From: Balanoglossus misakiensis | Lineage: Eukaryota > Animalia > Hemichordata | Assembly: GCA_040954595.2 (NCBI GenBank) | Contig: CM082581.2 | Coordinates: 1,604,699-1,668,698, forward strand | Length of the DNA stretch: 64,000 bases | Direction of reading: 5' to 3' | Shown: piece by piece, positions 61,301 to 64,000 of the stretch | Numbering within the stretch: the first letter of the stretch is position 1 | How the letters are laid out: each line of letters begins with the position of its first letter | Made by a program: the position numbers and the translations under genes | The notes under the pieces: generated by a model | The model's input: the letters and a program-made list of their open reading frames with translations, nothing else | Told to the model about the DNA's origin: nothing | Databases searched by the model: none

Positions 61301-64000
61301 TCCGGGCTAACCAATAGGGCTATAGGTTTGGTTTTTGTTGAACATGGACCAGTATAGGGTCAAAATTTCTTGCCCAAATTTTGCATGACCTCAGGTGACC
61401 TTTGACCTACTTTTCCATATCTTGGCATCCAGAGCAGGTACAGACTTGGCGTTTGGAGGGTTGGGACTAAAATTGAAAAGCCAAAATTGGGGGTCACCTG
61501 TGACACCTGCATATCTCATTAATTATGTGCATACCTAATTCCAGGCTAACCAATAAGGCTTTAGGTTTGGTTTTTGTTGAACATGGACCAGTATAAGGTC
61601 AAAATTTCTTGCCCAAATTTTGCATGACCTCAGGTGACCTTTGACCTACTTTATCATATCTTGGCATCCAGAGCAGGTACAGACTTCGCATTTGGAGGGT
61701 TGGGACTAAAATTGAAAAGCCAAAATTGGGGTTCACCTGTGACACCTGCATATCTCATTAATTATGTGCATACCTAATTCCAGGCTAACCAATAGGGCTA
61801 TAGGTTTGGTTTTTGTTGAACATGGACCAGTATAGGGTCAAAATTTCTTGCCCAAATTTTGCATGCCCTCAGGTGACCTTTGACATACTTTTCCATATCT
61901 TTGCATCCAGGGCAGATATGCTTATTGCTATGTTGCTATGTGCTATGTCCTCAAATGGGACCACAGTGTCCTTGACGCTATTTTTTGATGATTTTCAACC
62001 ATATTATTTTTCAAAAACCGACGAAATTTTGAGATTTTGCGAAGACGAAAATTTGTCATTTTTTGATGATTTTCACCCATGATTTTTTTCAAAAATCGAC
62101 GAAATGTTGAGATTTTGCAAAGTCGATAATTTGTCATTTTTTGATGATTTTCACCCATGATTTTTTTTCACAAATCGACGAAATTTTGAAATTTTGCAGT
62201 CGAAAATTTGTCATTTTTTGATGATTTTTACCCATAATTTTTTTTTCAAAAAATGGACTAAATTTTGAGCTTTTGCAAAGTCGAAAATTTGTCATTTTTT
62301 GATGATTTTCACCAATGTTGTTTTTAAAAAATCGACGAACCCATGATTTTTTTCAAAATCGACGAAATTGTGAGATTTTGTAAAGTCGAAAATTTTTCAT
62401 TTTTTGATGATTTGCACCCATGATTTTTTTCAAAAATCGACGAAATGTTGAGATTTTGCAAAGTCGACGAAATTTTGAGATTTTGCAAATTCGAAAATTT
62501 GTCATTTTTTGATGATTTTCACCCATATTATTTTTCAAAATTTGTCATTTTTTGATGATTTTCACCCATGATTTTTTTTCAGAAATCGACGAAATTTTGA
62601 GATTTTGCAAAGTCGAAAATTTGTCATTTTTTGATGATTTTCACCAATGTTGTTTTTAAAAAATCGACGAACCCATGATTTTTTTCAAAATCGACGAAAT
62701 TTTGAGATTTTGCAAAGTCGAAAATTTGTCATTTTTTGATGATTTTCACCCATGATTTTTTTCAAAAATCGACGAAATGTTGAGATTTTGCAAAGTCGAA
62801 AATTTGTCATTTTTTGATGATTTTCTCCCATGATTTTTTTCAAAAATCGACGAAATGTTGAGATTTTGCAAAGTCGAAAATTTGTAATTTTTTGATGATT
62901 TTCAACCATGATTTTTTTTTCAAAAATCGACGAAATTTTCAGATTTTGCAAAGACGAAAATTTGTCATTTTTGATGATTTTTACCCATGATTTTTTTTCA
63001 AAAATGGACGAAATTTTGAGATTTTGCAAAGTCGAAAATTTGTCATTTTTTGATGATTTTCACCCATGATTTTTTTCAAAAATCGACGAAATGTTGAGAT
63101 TTTGCAAAGTCGAAAATGTGTCATTTTTTGATGATTTTCACCCATGATTTTTTTTCAAAAATCGACGAAATTTTGAGATTTTGCAAAGTCGAAAATTTGT
63201 CATTTTTTGATGATTTTCACCAATGTTGTTTTTAAAAAATCGAAGACCCCATGATTTTTTTCAAAATCGACTAAATTTTGAGATTTTGCAAAGTCGAAAA
63301 TTTGTCATTTTTTGATGATTTTCACCCATGATTTTTTTCAAAAATCGACGAAATGTTGAGATTTTGCAAAGTCGAAAATTTGTCATTTTTTGATGATTTT
63401 CTCCCATGATTTTTTTCAAAAATCGACGAAATGTTGAGATTTTGCAAAGTCGAAAATTTGTAATTTTTTGATGATTTTCAACCATGATTTTTTTTCAAAA
63501 ATCGACGAAATTTTCAGATTTTGCAAAGACGAAAATTTGTCATTTTTGATGATTTTTACCCATGATTTTTTTTCAAAAATGGACGAAATTTTGAGATTTT
63601 GCAAAGTCAAAAATTTGTCATTTTTTGATGATTTTCACCCATGATTTTTTTCAAAAATCGACGAAATTTTGAGATTTTGCAAAGAGGAAAATTTGTCATT
63701 TTTTGATGATTTTCAACAATGATTTTTTTTCAAAATTTTGCAGTAAAAAATTTGTAATTTTTTGATGATTTTCACCGATGATTTTTTTCAAAAATCGACG
63801 AAATTTTGAGATTTTGCAAAGTCGAAAATTTGTCATTTTTTGATGATTTTCACCCATGATTTTTTTTCAAAAATCGACGAAATTTTGAGATTTTGCAAAG
63901 TCGAAAATTTGTCATTTTTCGATGATTTTCACCCATGTTTTTTTTTAAAAAATCGACGAACCTATGATTTTTTTCAAAATCGACGAAATTTTGTGATTTT
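31305..64000. repeat. 78-bp AT-rich satellite DNA array (>32 kb, continues past right edge) with higher-order structure
   Basis: Consensus gattttcacccatgatttttttcaaaaatcgacgaaattttgagattttgcaaagtcgaaaatttgtcattttttgat; roughly 400 monomers; ~105-bp, 76-bp and ~35-bp variants. Confidence 0.99.
60453..61980 (+). mobile_element. Complete HINE/DINE-1-like Helentron derivative nested in the satellite
   Basis: 5' hairpin aggtcccat...atgggacct (60453-60489), GTAT/GGAT microsatellite (60505-60585), ~3.8 x 239-bp tandem core (~60990-61915), 3' subTIR atgggacc (61955-61962) plus short hairpin agtgtc-ctt-gacgct; T-runs on both flanks. Confidence 0.85.

Noticed and set aside
31185-63610. Dozens of MGENHQKMTNFRLCK... 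ORFs
   Set aside because: Translations of the 78-bp (26-codon) satellite, broken at random by homopolymer length changes.

Overview
AT-rich eukaryotic (metazoan, probably marine invertebrate; organism is inference) DNA dominated by repeats. (1) 1-4870: 90/74-bp tandem array. (2) ~5729-18106, minus strand: multi-exon CUB3-Sushi4-EGF2 gene resembling uninflatable (uif), carrying a premature stop, a mutated splice acceptor and a phase break (probable pseudogene), with MITE-filled introns. (3) ~19536 onward: a nested stack. A Helentron-associated (HINE/DINE-1-like) element is interrupted by a dead RTE-X-like LINE, itself interrupted by a TTAA-flanked MITE; part of the stack is tandemly duplicated (2390-bp period) and the HINE internal repeats run directly into a 78-bp satellite. 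(4) 26611-31304, minus strand: intact, very young Ngaro-type tyrosine-recombinase retrotransposon (A1-gag-RT/RNaseH-YR-B1-A2-B2) inserted without TSD into a satellite monomer, with the empty site preserved in the duplicate. Its recombinase frame has no usable ATG, but a phase-matched GT/AG pair would splice the Gag N-terminus onto it. (5) 31305-64000: >32 kb 78-bp satellite with nested higher-order repeats and a second complete HINE at 60453-61980. Most ORFs in the supplied track are repeat artefacts.
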